Source of the DNA: an uncultured Acidobacteriota bacterium
GTDB taxonomy: Bacteria > Acidobacteriota > Vicinamibacteria > Vicinamibacterales > CAVVIG01
Assembly (NCBI GenBank): GCA_963695635.1
Contig: CAVOHK010000009.1
Coordinates: 72,671-136,670, forward strand
Length of the DNA: 64,000 bases
Reading direction: 5' to 3'
Within the stretch, counting starts at the first letter, position 1. Each line of letters begins with the position of its first letter. Position numbers and translations under genes: made by a program. Below the pieces are notes generated by a model. That model was not told the origin of the DNA. It saw only the letters and a list, made by a program, of their open reading frames with translations, and searched no databases. Shown in pieces: positions 28,447-37,354 of this stretch.

Positions 28447-28999
28447 GGGAACTCACCTTCTCCACTGTTTGCGCCGCTGCGAGAGCGCTCGCCAGCAGCG
28501 CCCGGGCCCTGTGCAGCCGCGATCGCACGGTGCCGACCGCACAATGCATCACCGCCGCCGCCGAGACGTAATCCAGATCGTTCAACTCGCAGAGCACGAT
28601 TGCTTCGCGGTACGCCGGCGGCAGCGCGGCGATCGCCTGACGGACGCGCGCCGTCGCCTCGGCGCGCGTCAGATGCTCGAGTGGATCGCTCTCCACGGAC
28701 GGACCGTCCACGCCGTCGAGCGACTCCTCGTCGCGGACGTCGTCAAGCTGCTTCAGTACCTGGCGCCGCGTAATCCCAAGGAGATAGGCCTGCACAGTGC
28801 CGCGCGCCGCGTCGAATCGCTCCAACTGCCGCAGGAAGGCGAGGAACACCTCCTGCACGACGTCTTCGGCCAGGGCCGTGTCACCACCCCGCATGTGGAC
28901 TGCGTAGCGAAACACCGACGCTTTGTGCCGCTCGAAAAGCGCGGCGAAGGCCTCTTCCTCTCCTTGCCGGATGCGCTCGACGAGCCGGAGGTCGTCCAC
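28439..28999 (-). CDS. ECF-type RNA polymerase sigma-70 factor
   Basis: Region 2 (FAALFERHKASVFRYAVHMRGG...AEDVVQEVFL) and region 4 (LPPAYREAIVLCELNDLDYVSAAAVMHCAVGTVRSRLHRAR). Confidence 0.9.
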   Translation of the reverse strand: MDDLRLVERIRQGEEEAFAALFERHKASVFRYAVHMRGGDTALAEDVVQEVFLAFLRQLERFDAARGTVQAYLLGITRRQVLKQLDDVRDEESLDGVDGPSVESDPLEHLTRAEATARVRQAIAALPPAYREAIVLCELNDLDYVSAAAVMHCAVGTVRSRLHRARALLASALAAAQTVEKVSSRG

Positions 29000-29093
29000 T
29001 CAGTGAGTATTGCGCTGGCAGGGCGGATTAGTTCCCGCCTTCGCGCTCTGGCACCAGCAGCGCTACGGCGAGGCAAGCTCCGACTTCAGACCA

Positions 29094-29201
29094 GGTGATT
29101 GGGGATTGGGGATTGGGGGTTAGTGGCGGTCAGGGATTGGAGGAAGTCGGGGAGTGGTGGTTAGTGGCGGTCAGGGATTGGAGGAAGTCGGGGAGTGGTG
29201 G
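29094..29201. repeat. GATTGGGG octamer array followed by a perfect 41-bp tandem duplication
   Basis: ggtgattggggattggggattggggg, then ttagtggcggtcagggattggaggaagtcggggagtggtgg twice (29120-29160 and 29161-29201, identical). Confidence 0.9.
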
Positions 29202-29357
29202 CGGCAGCTCGGCTCGGGTCTCGGCCGGAACGTCGGCATCGATGCCCACCTGAGTCAACGGCAGCGCCGCGAGGAAGATGACGAGGAGTACGAGCAGGAT
29301 ATCGATCAGCGGTGTGATGTTGATCTCGGCGTTGATCTCGGCGCGGTGGCTGGCCAT
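29130..29357 (-). pseudogene. ExbD/TolR remnant (N-terminal TM segment only)
   Basis: MASHRAEINAEINITPLIDILLVLLVIFLAALPLTQVGIDADVP matches the ExbD N-terminus. The periplasmic domain is missing and the tail is encoded by the 41-bp duplication. It lies downstream of the operon terminator. Confidence 0.6.
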
Positions 29358-29390
29358 CGTGCGTTGTCCTCTGTGTGGTTTGACACCGGA

Positions 29391-29556
29391 TCACCGCTCG
29401 CCGCCACCAGTCACCGCTCACCAACCACCTGACCATCACCAATCACCAATCACCAACCACCAATCACCTGACCACCCCAATCACCTGACCACCACCAATC
29501 CCCAATCCCCAATCCACTTGACCACCACCAATCCCTAATCCCCAATCCCCAATCAC
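29391..29556. repeat. CCAATCAC / CCCCAATC short-period arrays (reverse complement of 29094-29119 units)
   Basis: caccaatcaccaatcaccaaccaccaatcacctgaccaccccaatcacc...ccaatccccaatccccaatcac. Confidence 0.85.
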
Positions 29557-29566
29557 TACCCAGTAC

Positions 29567-29601
29567 AAAGAAAAACGGCCGCCCCGTTTCCGAAGCGGCC
29601 G
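29567..29601 (-). terminator. Rho-independent terminator of the tonB-exbBD operon
   Basis: Minus strand reads cggccgc-ttcggaaacggg-gcggccg followed by tttttcttt, about 25 nt after the exbD stop. Confidence 0.6.
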
Positions 29602-29625
29602 CTCTCAGTTCTAACTTCTGAGTTC

Positions 29626-30096
29626 TTAGTTCGAGACGTTAGCTCCGCCCGCGCGGCGCATGCCGTCGGTGACGATGCCGACTTTTTCGACGCCGGCGCC
29701 TTTCGCCGCGTCGATCACTTCGACGATCTCGCGATAACGCAGCGTCCCGGCACCGATGATGAACATCGTCTTGTCTTTACGCTGGTCGAAGATGTTGCGC
29801 AGGCGGGTTTCGAGTTCAGCGATCGTCACGTCGTTGTTGTTGACCGAGATCTTCTTGTCGGCCGAGTAGTTGACGACGATCTGGCTGACGTCGGGCGTAG
29901 CTTCCGTCGTCTTCTTGCTTTCCGCGGGCAGGTTGATGTCGACGCCCTTCTGGGTCAGCGGCAGCGCCGCCATGAAGATGACGAGCAACACCAGCAGCAC
30001 GTCGATCAACGGCGTCACGTTCATGTCCGCATTAGAATGCGGTACTTCGCCTTTGACGACTTTGTCGGCGCCGAGATGATGATGCGCGTGAGCCAT
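29626..30096 (-). CDS. exbD: ExbD/TolR family biopolymer transport protein
   Basis: 156 aa. NVTPLIDVLLVLLVIFM TM segment plus a periplasmic domain. Confidence 0.9.
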   Translation of the reverse strand: MAHAHHHLGADKVVKGEVPHSNADMNVTPLIDVLLVLLVIFMAALPLTQKGVDINLPAESKKTTEATPDVSQIVVNYSADKKISVNNNDVTIAELETRLRNIFDQRKDKTMFIIGAGTLRYREIVEVIDAAKGAGVEKVGIVTDGMRRAGGANVSN

Positions 30097-30533
30097 TACT
30101 TGCCTCCCGCGCCTTCGGCGCCCTTTTTACGCTCGGTGATGAGGCCGATGTCCTCAACCCCGGCGTTGCGCAGTTGATCCATCGCCGCCATCACGGCGCT
30201 ATAGGCTGCTTCTTCGTCGGCCTTGATCAGAACGATTTTCTCTTTCTTGTTCTCGAGAATCTCGTTCAGCCTGGTCGTCAGGTCCTGCTCGACCACCGGC
30301 TTCGCGTTGAGAAAGAACGAGCCATCCTTCGACACGGCGAGCACGGTTTGCTCCTGTGTCTCGGGCTTGTCGGTCGTGTTGGCTGCCGTCGGCAGCTTCA
30401 CCGCGACGCCCTGCTGCAACATCGGCGCGACCAGCATCATGATGATCAGCAGCACCAGCATGACGTCGACCAGCGGAGTGACGTTGATGTCAGCCTTGAC
30501 TCCGCCTTTTGCGCCGCCAAGATCCATTGCCAT
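30096..30533 (-). CDS. exbD: ExbD/TolR family biopolymer transport protein
   Basis: ATG at 30533 (MAMDLGGAKGGVKADINVTPLVDVMLVLLIIMM) after CAGGAGA. The ORF-track start 30614 is rejected. Confidence 0.9.
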   Translation of the reverse strand: MAMDLGGAKGGVKADINVTPLVDVMLVLLIIMMLVAPMLQQGVAVKLPTAANTTDKPETQEQTVLAVSKDGSFFLNAKPVVEQDLTTRLNEILENKKEKIVLIKADEEAAYSAVMAAMDQLRNAGVEDIGLITERKKGAEGAGGK

Positions 30534-30638
30534 GACTAAATCTCCTGAAGTTGCCAGAGTGCCAAAATTGCCACGGTGAAAGTGGCAATGAGGTCTGCAC
30601 GCACCCTGGCGCATCTGGCAATGGCGCGACTTGGCACG

Positions 30639-31310
30639 TTACGCCGTCTTCTTAATAAAGTAGTCGACCAGCTCCGACGAGGAGTTGTCCATCTCCACGT
30701 TGAAGTACTCGATGCGCGACGTCAGGTAGTTGTAGATCCAGACCGCCGGAATCGCGACGACCAGACCGAGCGCGGTTTCGACCAGCGCTTCCGAAATACC
30801 GACCGAGACGGCGCCGATACCGGCCGAACCGCTCGCGCCGATGCCCTGGAAGGCGTTGATGACGCCGACCACCGTGCCAAGCAGTCCGACGAACGGTGCC
30901 GTGGAACCGATCGTCGCCAGCGCCGAAACGCCCTTCTTCAGGTCGGACGCGGTCAGTGCCGAGGCGCGCTGAATCGCGCGGCGGACGGTGTCCATCAGGT
31001 CTTCGCGGTTCATGCCGCCGCCGCTTTCCTGCTGGAATTGATATTCCTGTAAACCGGCGAGCACCACTTTTGCCAGGTGGCTATAGCGGTAGTTCTTCGA
31101 GGTCGAAAGCGCAATCGCGTCCTTCAGGCGGCCTTCCTTGAGATGCTTGGCCACCTGCGGTGCGTAGACTTTCGACTGATTACGCGCCTGCTGATACGTA
31201 AAGAAGCGCTCGATCCCGACGCCGAGCGACCACATCGACATGATCAACAGAATGACGGCCACTGCCTTGGCCACATAGCCCATCGACTGGTACATCGCCA
31301 TCAAATCCAC
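30639..31310 (-). CDS. exbB: MotA/TolQ/ExbB proton channel protein
   Basis: 223 aa with three TMs and the conserved TIGSTAPFVGLLGTVVGVINAF region. Confidence 0.92.
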   Translation of the reverse strand: MDLMAMYQSMGYVAKAVAVILLIMSMWSLGVGIERFFTYQQARNQSKVYAPQVAKHLKEGRLKDAIALSTSKNYRYSHLAKVVLAGLQEYQFQQESGGGMNREDLMDTVRRAIQRASALTASDLKKGVSALATIGSTAPFVGLLGTVVGVINAFQGIGASGSAGIGAVSVGISEALVETALGLVVAIPAVWIYNYLTSRIEYFNVEMDNSSSELVDYFIKKTA

Positions 31311-31375
31311 GGTCCATCCTCCTCACTAACTAACAACGAAATCTTGGTAATCGAGTAATCGAGTGATTGATTGCC

Positions 31376-32101
31376 TTATTGCAACGTGAAATTGACGGTG
31401 ACCGTCATGATCACCGGCACCGGCACGCCGTTGAGCAGCGTCGGCGTGAATTGCCACTGACGCACCGCATCGAGCGCGGCGGCATCGAGCAGCGGAATCG
31501 AACGGAGCACTTTGGCGTCTTGCACGGCGCCGTTCGGTCCAATCGTCGCTTCGATGATGACGACGCCCTGGACGCGCGCTGATTGCGCGATCGCCGGATA
31601 CACCGGCTTGACGTCCTTCACCTTGGTTGGGGTCTTGATGTTGCCGCCGACACGGACCGGAGCGGAAGGCGGTGGTGGCGGAGGTGGTGGCGGCGCTTCC
31701 GCAAGTCCGCCGACGATACCGCCGCTCACGCCACCGACGACGCCGCCTTCGACGCCGCCGACAACGCCTTTCACGCCTTGTTCGATTCCGGTCTCTGGTT
31801 TGATTTCCTTCGGTGCTTCAACCGGCGCGGCCGCAGGATTCACGTCCATCACCGGCTTGGGCGGCGCTGCGGACGGAGGTGGTGGCGGCGGCGGTGGTGG
31901 TGGGGGCGGCGGTGGTGGTGCCGCGACGAATGCCATCATCGATGGAGGCGTCGGCAGAACATCCGCGGCCATCAACGGGATGATGACGATCGCCCCAATG
32001 AGCACCGTGTGCGCAAGGATGGACAGCGGAACCGTATACCAGCTGCGGCTGCCGACCTTGATCGATGGGTCGACGACATCGCCGAACATGTCACGTGGCA
32101 C
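31376..32101 (-). CDS. tonB: Energy transducer TonB
   Basis: N-terminal TM, long poly-Pro linker, and a C-terminal TonB domain (VYPAIAQSARVQGVVIIEATIGPNGAVQDAKVLRS...). GTG start after GAGGAGG. Confidence 0.9.
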   Translation of the reverse strand: MPRDMFGDVVDPSIKVGSRSWYTVPLSILAHTVLIGAIVIIPLMAADVLPTPPSMMAFVAAPPPPPPPPPPPPPPPSAAPPKPVMDVNPAAAPVEAPKEIKPETGIEQGVKGVVGGVEGGVVGGVSGGIVGGLAEAPPPPPPPPPSAPVRVGGNIKTPTKVKDVKPVYPAIAQSARVQGVVIIEATIGPNGAVQDAKVLRSIPLLDAAALDAVRQWQFTPTLLNGVPVPVIMTVTVNFTLQ

Positions 32102-32175
32102 GGGGTTGTTCCTCCTCTACTGCTTACAAGCCGATGTGCTTACAGTTCGGCGCCCACGGTCAAGGAAAGGCGCCG

Positions 32176-32205
32176 ATTATAGTCAGGTCAAAAACAGGGA
32201 GTCAA
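32176..32205 (-). promoter_or_regulatory. Candidate sigma70-type promoter of the tonB operon
   Basis: Minus strand reads TTGACT-18 nt-TATAAT, about 75 nt upstream of the tonB GTG. Confidence 0.5.
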
Positions 32206-32216
32206 CGAAGACTCCC
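32190..32216 (-). terminator. Rho-independent terminator downstream of hppA
   Basis: Minus strand reads gggagtc-ttcgtt-gactccc followed by tgttttt. It overlaps the -35 of the tonB promoter. Confidence 0.6.
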
Positions 32217-32344
32217 ATGCTTAGACACCAAAAACCTGCAAATGGCCCGCCCTTCGCACCGCACAACCTGAGGTGCTACGGCGCGGCCAGCCGCCTTTCA
32301 CACTGTTGTTTGCGCGAGCGCAAGCTCCACGTTTACGTGGGGCT

Positions 32345-34808
32345 TTACTGGCCGATCCGCATACCGTAAAACGATCGGTGAACAAAAAACAAAGACGCGG
32401 CAAAGAACGCCGCCGACAACATCAGGCTGAGCGCCGAGCCCGACTGACGCGTCAACTGGACCGCCAGCTGGACCGCCAACAACCCGAACAATGTCGTGAA
32501 CTTGATCACCGGGTTCATCGCCACCGACGATGTGTCCTTGAATGGGTCGCCGACGGTATCGCCCACGACCGTTGCCGCGTGTAACGGGGTGCCTTTCGCT
32601 TTCAGTTCGACTTCGACGATCTTCTTCGCGTTGTCCCACGCGCCGCCGGCGTTGGCCATGAAAATCGCCTGGAATAAGCCGAACAGCGCAATCGATATCA
32701 GATAGCCGATGAAGAAGAAAGGTTCGAGGAAGGCAAACGCCAGCGTCGAGAAGAAGACGGTCAGGAAGATGTTGAACATCCCTCTCTGCGCGTATTTCGT
32801 GCAGATCTCAACCACCTTCTTACTGTCTTCAACTGAAGCTTTCTCGACACCCTCGAGCTTGATATTCGCCTTGATGAACTCGACGGCGCGGTACGCGCCG
32901 GTCGTGACGGCCTGCGCCGACGCGCCGGTGAACCAGTAAATCACCGCGCCTCCCGTAATCAGTCCCAGCAGGAATGGCGGGTGGAGCAGCGACAGCTTGT
33001 CGAGATCGGTGGTCAGCTCGTGCGTGAGGGCGACGATGATCGAGAAAATCATCGTCGTCGCACCGACCACCGCGGTGCCGATCAGAACCGGCTTGGCGGT
33101 CGCCTTGAACGTGTTGCCGGCGCCGTCGTTTTCCTCGAGCAGCTCTTTGGCGCGTTCAAACTTCACGTCGAAGCCAAATTCGCGCTTGAGCTGATCTTTG
33201 ATTCCCGGGATTTTCTCGATTATTGACAGCTCGAACACCGACTGCGCGTTGTCGGTCACCGGCCCGTACGAATCGACGGCGATCGTCACCGGACCCATGC
33301 CGAGGAAGCCGAACGCCACCAGACCGAACGCGAACACCGCGTGCGCGATCATCAGGTTCTGCAGGCCCAGGTTGCTGATCAAGTAGGCGATGCCCATCAG
33401 CGACACGATGCTGAGCCCGAGCCAGTAGGCACTGAAGTTACCGGCGACGAATCCTGACAGAATGTTCAGCGACGCTCCGCCTTCCCGCGACGACGTCACG
33501 ACTTCTCTGACGTGGCTCGACTCGGTGGACGTAAAGACTTTGACACCCTCGGGGATGATCGCGCCGGCCAGCGTGCCGCAGGTGATGATGGTGGAGAGCT
33601 TCCACCAGATCGTGCCGTCGCCGAGCGTCCGGAATCAGGAAATACGACACGATGTAAGTGATCACGACCGAGATGATCGACGTGAGCCAGACCAGCGACG
33701 TCAGCGGCGCCTCGAAATTCATCTTGTCGACGGTGCTGTAGCGGGCCTTGGCGATCGCTTCGTTGATGAAGTACGACAGGCCGCTCGCGACGATCATCAT
33801 GATGCGCATGACGAACAGCCAGACCAGCAGCTGGACCTGCACGCTGGGATCGCGCACCGCTTCGAGGATGAACGTGATCAGCGCGACGCCGGTCACGCCG
33901 TAGGTCTCGAATCCATCCGCGCTCGGACCGACCGAGTCGCCGGCGTTGTCGCCGGTGCAGTCCGCGATCACGCCGGGGTTGCGCGCGTCGTCTTCCTTGA
34001 TGTTGAAGACGATCTTCATCAGGTCCGACCCGATGTCTGCGATCTTCGTGAAGATGCCGCCGGCGATCCGGAGCGCGGCTGCGCCAAGCGATTCACCGAT
34101 TGCGAAACCGATGAAACAGGGCCCGGCCAGGGTGGCCGGAATGAACAGCAGAATGCACAGCATCAGAAACAGCTCGACGCTGATCAGCAGCATGCCGATG
34201 CTCATGCCCGCGCGAAGCGGGATGGCGTAAATCGGAAACGGCTTTCCCCTGAGGCTGGCGAACGCGGCCCGTGAGTTCGCGTAGGTGTTGACGCGAATGC
34301 CGAACCACGCGACGCCGTAGCTGCCGGCGATGCCGATCAGGCTGAAGATCAGGATGATCGCGACGCGGAACGGCTCCATCGCGCTGAGGACGCCGAAATA
34401 GAAGATCATGATGACCCCGATGAAGATCTCGAGGATCAGAATGAACTTCCCCTGCGTCGTCAGATAGGTCTTGCAGGTCGCGTAAATCAGCTCCGAGACC
34501 TCACGCATCGACGAGTGGACGGGCAGGTTTTTCAGACCCGTCAGTGCGAACACGCCGAAGCCGAGACCGAACACGCAGACGATCAGGCCGCTCATCAGCA
34601 GCGTCCGTCCGTTGACGCCTCGGAAATCCACGGTTGAGAGATCCGGCAGCACGAGATTGGCTTCGCCGCCCGCCGCTCGTTCGGTTGTCTGTCCAGTCGC
34701 CGCTGGCTGATCCAGACTTGCCGCCAGCAACGGCCGTCCGACGGCCAACAGGCCGGCCACAATCACAACAACGACGGCAGCTCGCCGCACCAATCGCTCA
34801 ACGGTCAC
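32345..34808 (-). CDS. hppA: Membrane-bound proton-translocating pyrophosphatase, one frameshift as assembled
   Basis: ORFs 33438..34808 and 32345..33499 are the N- and C-parts. Motifs DCTGDNAGDSVGP and GDTVGDPFKDT. Skipping one base near 33623-33630 gives ...SYFLIPD-LGDGTIWWKLSTIITCGTLAGAIIPEGVKVFTSTESSHVREVVTSSREGGASLNILSG... Confidence 0.93.
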
Positions 34809-34855
34809 AATAAATATCCTCGGCAGCGTCCAGCCTCAGCCGGACAAAACGCAAA

Positions 34856-35443
34856 TTATAGACGTACCTTGGGCGGCAGCGCCATGCCGCCGGTGAGGAA
34901 GATGCGAATCCCGTCTTCGACCGAAATGTCGGGAAAGATCGCCCGGCTACGTTCGCAAATGAGGATGTCGCCCAGATAGAGGTTATTAGTCGGCACAAAG
35001 ATCGCCAGCAGCAGCTCGGGACCGCTGCCACGATCCGCGGTGAACTCGCGCGTCAGGAACCCGAGCGTGTAGCCGCCGTGTTGATTCGCGATCATCACGA
35101 CGCGTTTGAAACCCGACTCGCTGTCGGGATTGAACGCCGCCACCAGCTGCTTGATCGGCGAATAGATTTTGCCGAACAGCGGCACCCGCAGCAGCATCGC
35201 CTCGAACAGCTGCAGGACGCGACGGCCGATGACGTTGCGCGCGAACGCGCCGACCACCACCACCACCAGCGCGGTGGTCACCACGCCCAATCCGGGAACG
35301 CGCCGGCCGATCAGCTGGTCGTAAAACTGCGTCGTCGCGCCGTCGACGATGTTGAACAGCCAGATAAACGCCGCCGCACTGATGAACAGCGGCACGACGA
35401 CGAAGAAGCCGGTGATGAAGCTGCGCCGCAGCCAGGAGATCAT
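34856..35443 (-). CDS. DUF502 domain membrane protein
   Basis: MISWLRRSFITGFFVVVPLFISAAAFIWLFNIVDG... is a typical DUF502 N-terminus. 4-nt overlap with uppP. Confidence 0.75.
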   Translation of the reverse strand: MISWLRRSFITGFFVVVPLFISAAAFIWLFNIVDGATTQFYDQLIGRRVPGLGVVTTALVVVVVGAFARNVIGRRVLQLFEAMLLRVPLFGKIYSPIKQLVAAFNPDSESGFKRVVMIANQHGGYTLGFLTREFTADRGSGPELLLAIFVPTNNLYLGDILICERSRAIFPDISVEDGIRIFLTGGMALPPKVRL

Positions 35444-36231
35444 AGGCCGGTCGCGAGGAGGATCGCGCCGAGGACGATTCGGTACCAGGCGAACGGCGCA
35501 AAGCCGCGGCGCCTGACGTAATTCAAAAACGGTTTGACGACCAGCAGCGCGCCGAGAAACGCCATGACAAAGCCGACGGCGATTTCCGCGCCGCGTGACG
35601 GCCCGACGCCGTGCCGCAATTCGAGCAGGTCGTGCGCGAACGCCGCCGCCATCGTCGGCATCGCCAGAAAAAATGTGAACTCCGCAGCGGCAGCACGTTC
35701 CACTTTCATCGCCATTGCCGCGACGATCGTGCCGCCGGAACGCGACACCCCGGGGATCAGCGCCAGCGCCTGAAAAGCGCCGACCGCAAGCGCGCGGCCG
35801 ACCGGCAGTTCATCGACGGTCCGCACGTCGGGAACCGGCCGGAAGCGCTCGACGATCAGGATGATAATGCCGCCGACGATGAAGGCGACCGCGGCGACGG
35901 TCAACGTCGTGTAGAGCACCCGTTTCACGTAGGACGAGAACAGCGCGCCGGCGACCAGTGATGGGACGGTCGCGAGAATCACTTTGAACGCAAATCGCCG
36001 CGCCTCGGGATCTGACGGCAGGCCGGTAAGCACCTCGAGAATCTTCGCGCGATACAGCCAGACCACCGCAAGGATCGATCCCAGCTGGATCATCACGGTG
36101 AACAGTCCGCCGGGATCATCGAAGCCGATCAGCTTTTCAACGATCAGCAAATGAGCGGTCGATGAAATCGGCAAAAACTCGGTCAGCCCCTGGACGATGC
36201 CGAGAAGAGCCGCTTGCGCTAATGGTGGCAT
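35440..36231 (-). CDS. uppP: Undecaprenyl-diphosphate phosphatase
   Basis: LGIVQGLTEFLPISSTAHL and PGVSRSGGTI motifs. ATG at 36231 preferred. The ORF-track TTG at 36243 lies in the repeat array. Confidence 0.9.
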   Translation of the reverse strand: MPPLAQAALLGIVQGLTEFLPISSTAHLLIVEKLIGFDDPGGLFTVMIQLGSILAVVWLYRAKILEVLTGLPSDPEARRFAFKVILATVPSLVAGALFSSYVKRVLYTTLTVAAVAFIVGGIIILIVERFRPVPDVRTVDELPVGRALAVGAFQALALIPGVSRSGGTIVAAMAMKVERAAAAEFTFFLAMPTMAAAFAHDLLELRHGVGPSRGAEIAVGFVMAFLGALLVVKPFLNYVRRRGFAPFAWYRIVLGAILLATGL

Positions 36232-36243
36232 CGCTGGAGGCAA

Positions 36244-36353
36244 GTCTGAAGTTTGAAGTGTGAAGTCTGCCTCATTTCACCAACCGGCTGTCTCGAAGCA
36301 GCACCGTCGATCGAACGAGGCAGACTTCAGACTTCTTACTTCAGACTTCAGGA
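36244..36353. repeat. Inverted heptamer GAAGTYT arrays (hairpin) between secF and uppP
   Basis: gtctgaagtttgaagtgtgaagtctgcctc ... gaggcagacttcagacttcttacttcagacttcagg. Confidence 0.85.
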
Positions 36354-37352
36354 AGCGCGCGCCTTCTTCGCAGGCTTCTGCTTCCGTTGCACCTGCTGCT
36401 GCGGCGCGGACGCCACCGACGGGGCGTGCGCGGCGGCGCGGGTCGGCGCGTCACCGCGCCAGAAGCTGACGATCGCCGCGGCGATGAAGACGCTCGAATA
36501 GGTGCCGGTGATGATCCCGACGATCATCGTGAAGGCAAATCCGTGCAACACTTCGCCGCCGAAGAAGAACAGCGCCAGCGCGGTCAGCAGGGCGGTGCCC
36601 GACGTAATGATCGTCCGGCCGAGCGTTTGATTAATCGACACGTTGAGGATGTGCATCATCGAATCGCGCCGCATCCCGCGCAGGTTCTCGCGAATCCGGT
36701 CGAAGATCACGATCGTGTCGTTGGTCGAGAAGCCGGTGATCGTCAGAATCGCCGCGATCACGTTGAGCGTCATGTCGTAGCGGAAAAACGCGAGGAACGC
36801 CAGCGTGATCAGCAGGTCGTGCACGGTCGCGACGACGGCGCCGAGTCCGAAGCTGAACTGGAAGCGGAAGCCGATATAAGCGAGGATGCCGATCAGCGAA
36901 AACACGGTCGCCAGCAAGGCCTTGCCGCGCAACTCCTGGCCGACCGCCGGACCGACAATCTGCGTTCCTTCACGCTTGAACGGCGGCAGGTTGGCCTGCC
37001 GCAACGCCTGCTCGACCTGCGACGCCGTCGAACTGAGCGCATCGCCCGATTCCGCGCCGACGGTCGGCACGCGAATCATCACCTGATTCTTTGCCGGGTC
37101 GCCGAACGAGTTGATCACTGCCTCGCTGCCGCCGCCCGGGAACCCCTTGTCGATCGCCCCACGGACTTGCTGAATCGAGACCGGCTGCTCGAAGGTTTCA
37201 ATCACCGACGTGCCGCCGGCGAATTCGATGCCGAGCGGGATACCCCTGGTGAAAAAGACCGCGGCGCCGGCAATGATGACCAGCCACGACAGCACGATGG
37301 CGTGGACGCGCCACTTGAGGAAATCGAAATTCGTATTCTTGAAAATGTGCAT
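36348..37352 (-). CDS. secF: Protein translocase subunit SecF
   Basis: 334 aa, SecD/SecF family TM bundle (HDLLITLAFLAFFRYDMTLNVIAAILTITGFSTNDTIVIFDRIRE). Confidence 0.93.
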   Translation of the reverse strand: MHIFKNTNFDFLKWRVHAIVLSWLVIIAGAAVFFTRGIPLGIEFAGGTSVIETFEQPVSIQQVRGAIDKGFPGGGSEAVINSFGDPAKNQVMIRVPTVGAESGDALSSTASQVEQALRQANLPPFKREGTQIVGPAVGQELRGKALLATVFSLIGILAYIGFRFQFSFGLGAVVATVHDLLITLAFLAFFRYDMTLNVIAAILTITGFSTNDTIVIFDRIRENLRGMRRDSMMHILNVSINQTLGRTIITSGTALLTALALFFFGGEVLHGFAFTMIVGIITGTYSSVFIAAAIVSFWRGDAPTRAAAHAPSVASAPQQQVQRKQKPAKKARAS

Positions 37353-37354
37353 GA

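Noticed and set aside
29278-29538. ORF translating to HQSPITNHQSPDHPNHLTTTNPQSP and similar peptides
   Set aside because: It is a direct translation of the CCAATC/CACCAA octamer arrays. It has no start context and no coding signal beyond the repeat periodicity.
31512-32369. Gly-rich and Trp/Arg-rich ORFs (31512..32369, 31583..32182) on the plus strand
   Set aside because: They are the antisense reading of the TonB poly-Pro linker (CCG/CCA runs read as GGT/GGC/TGG) and are not independent genes.
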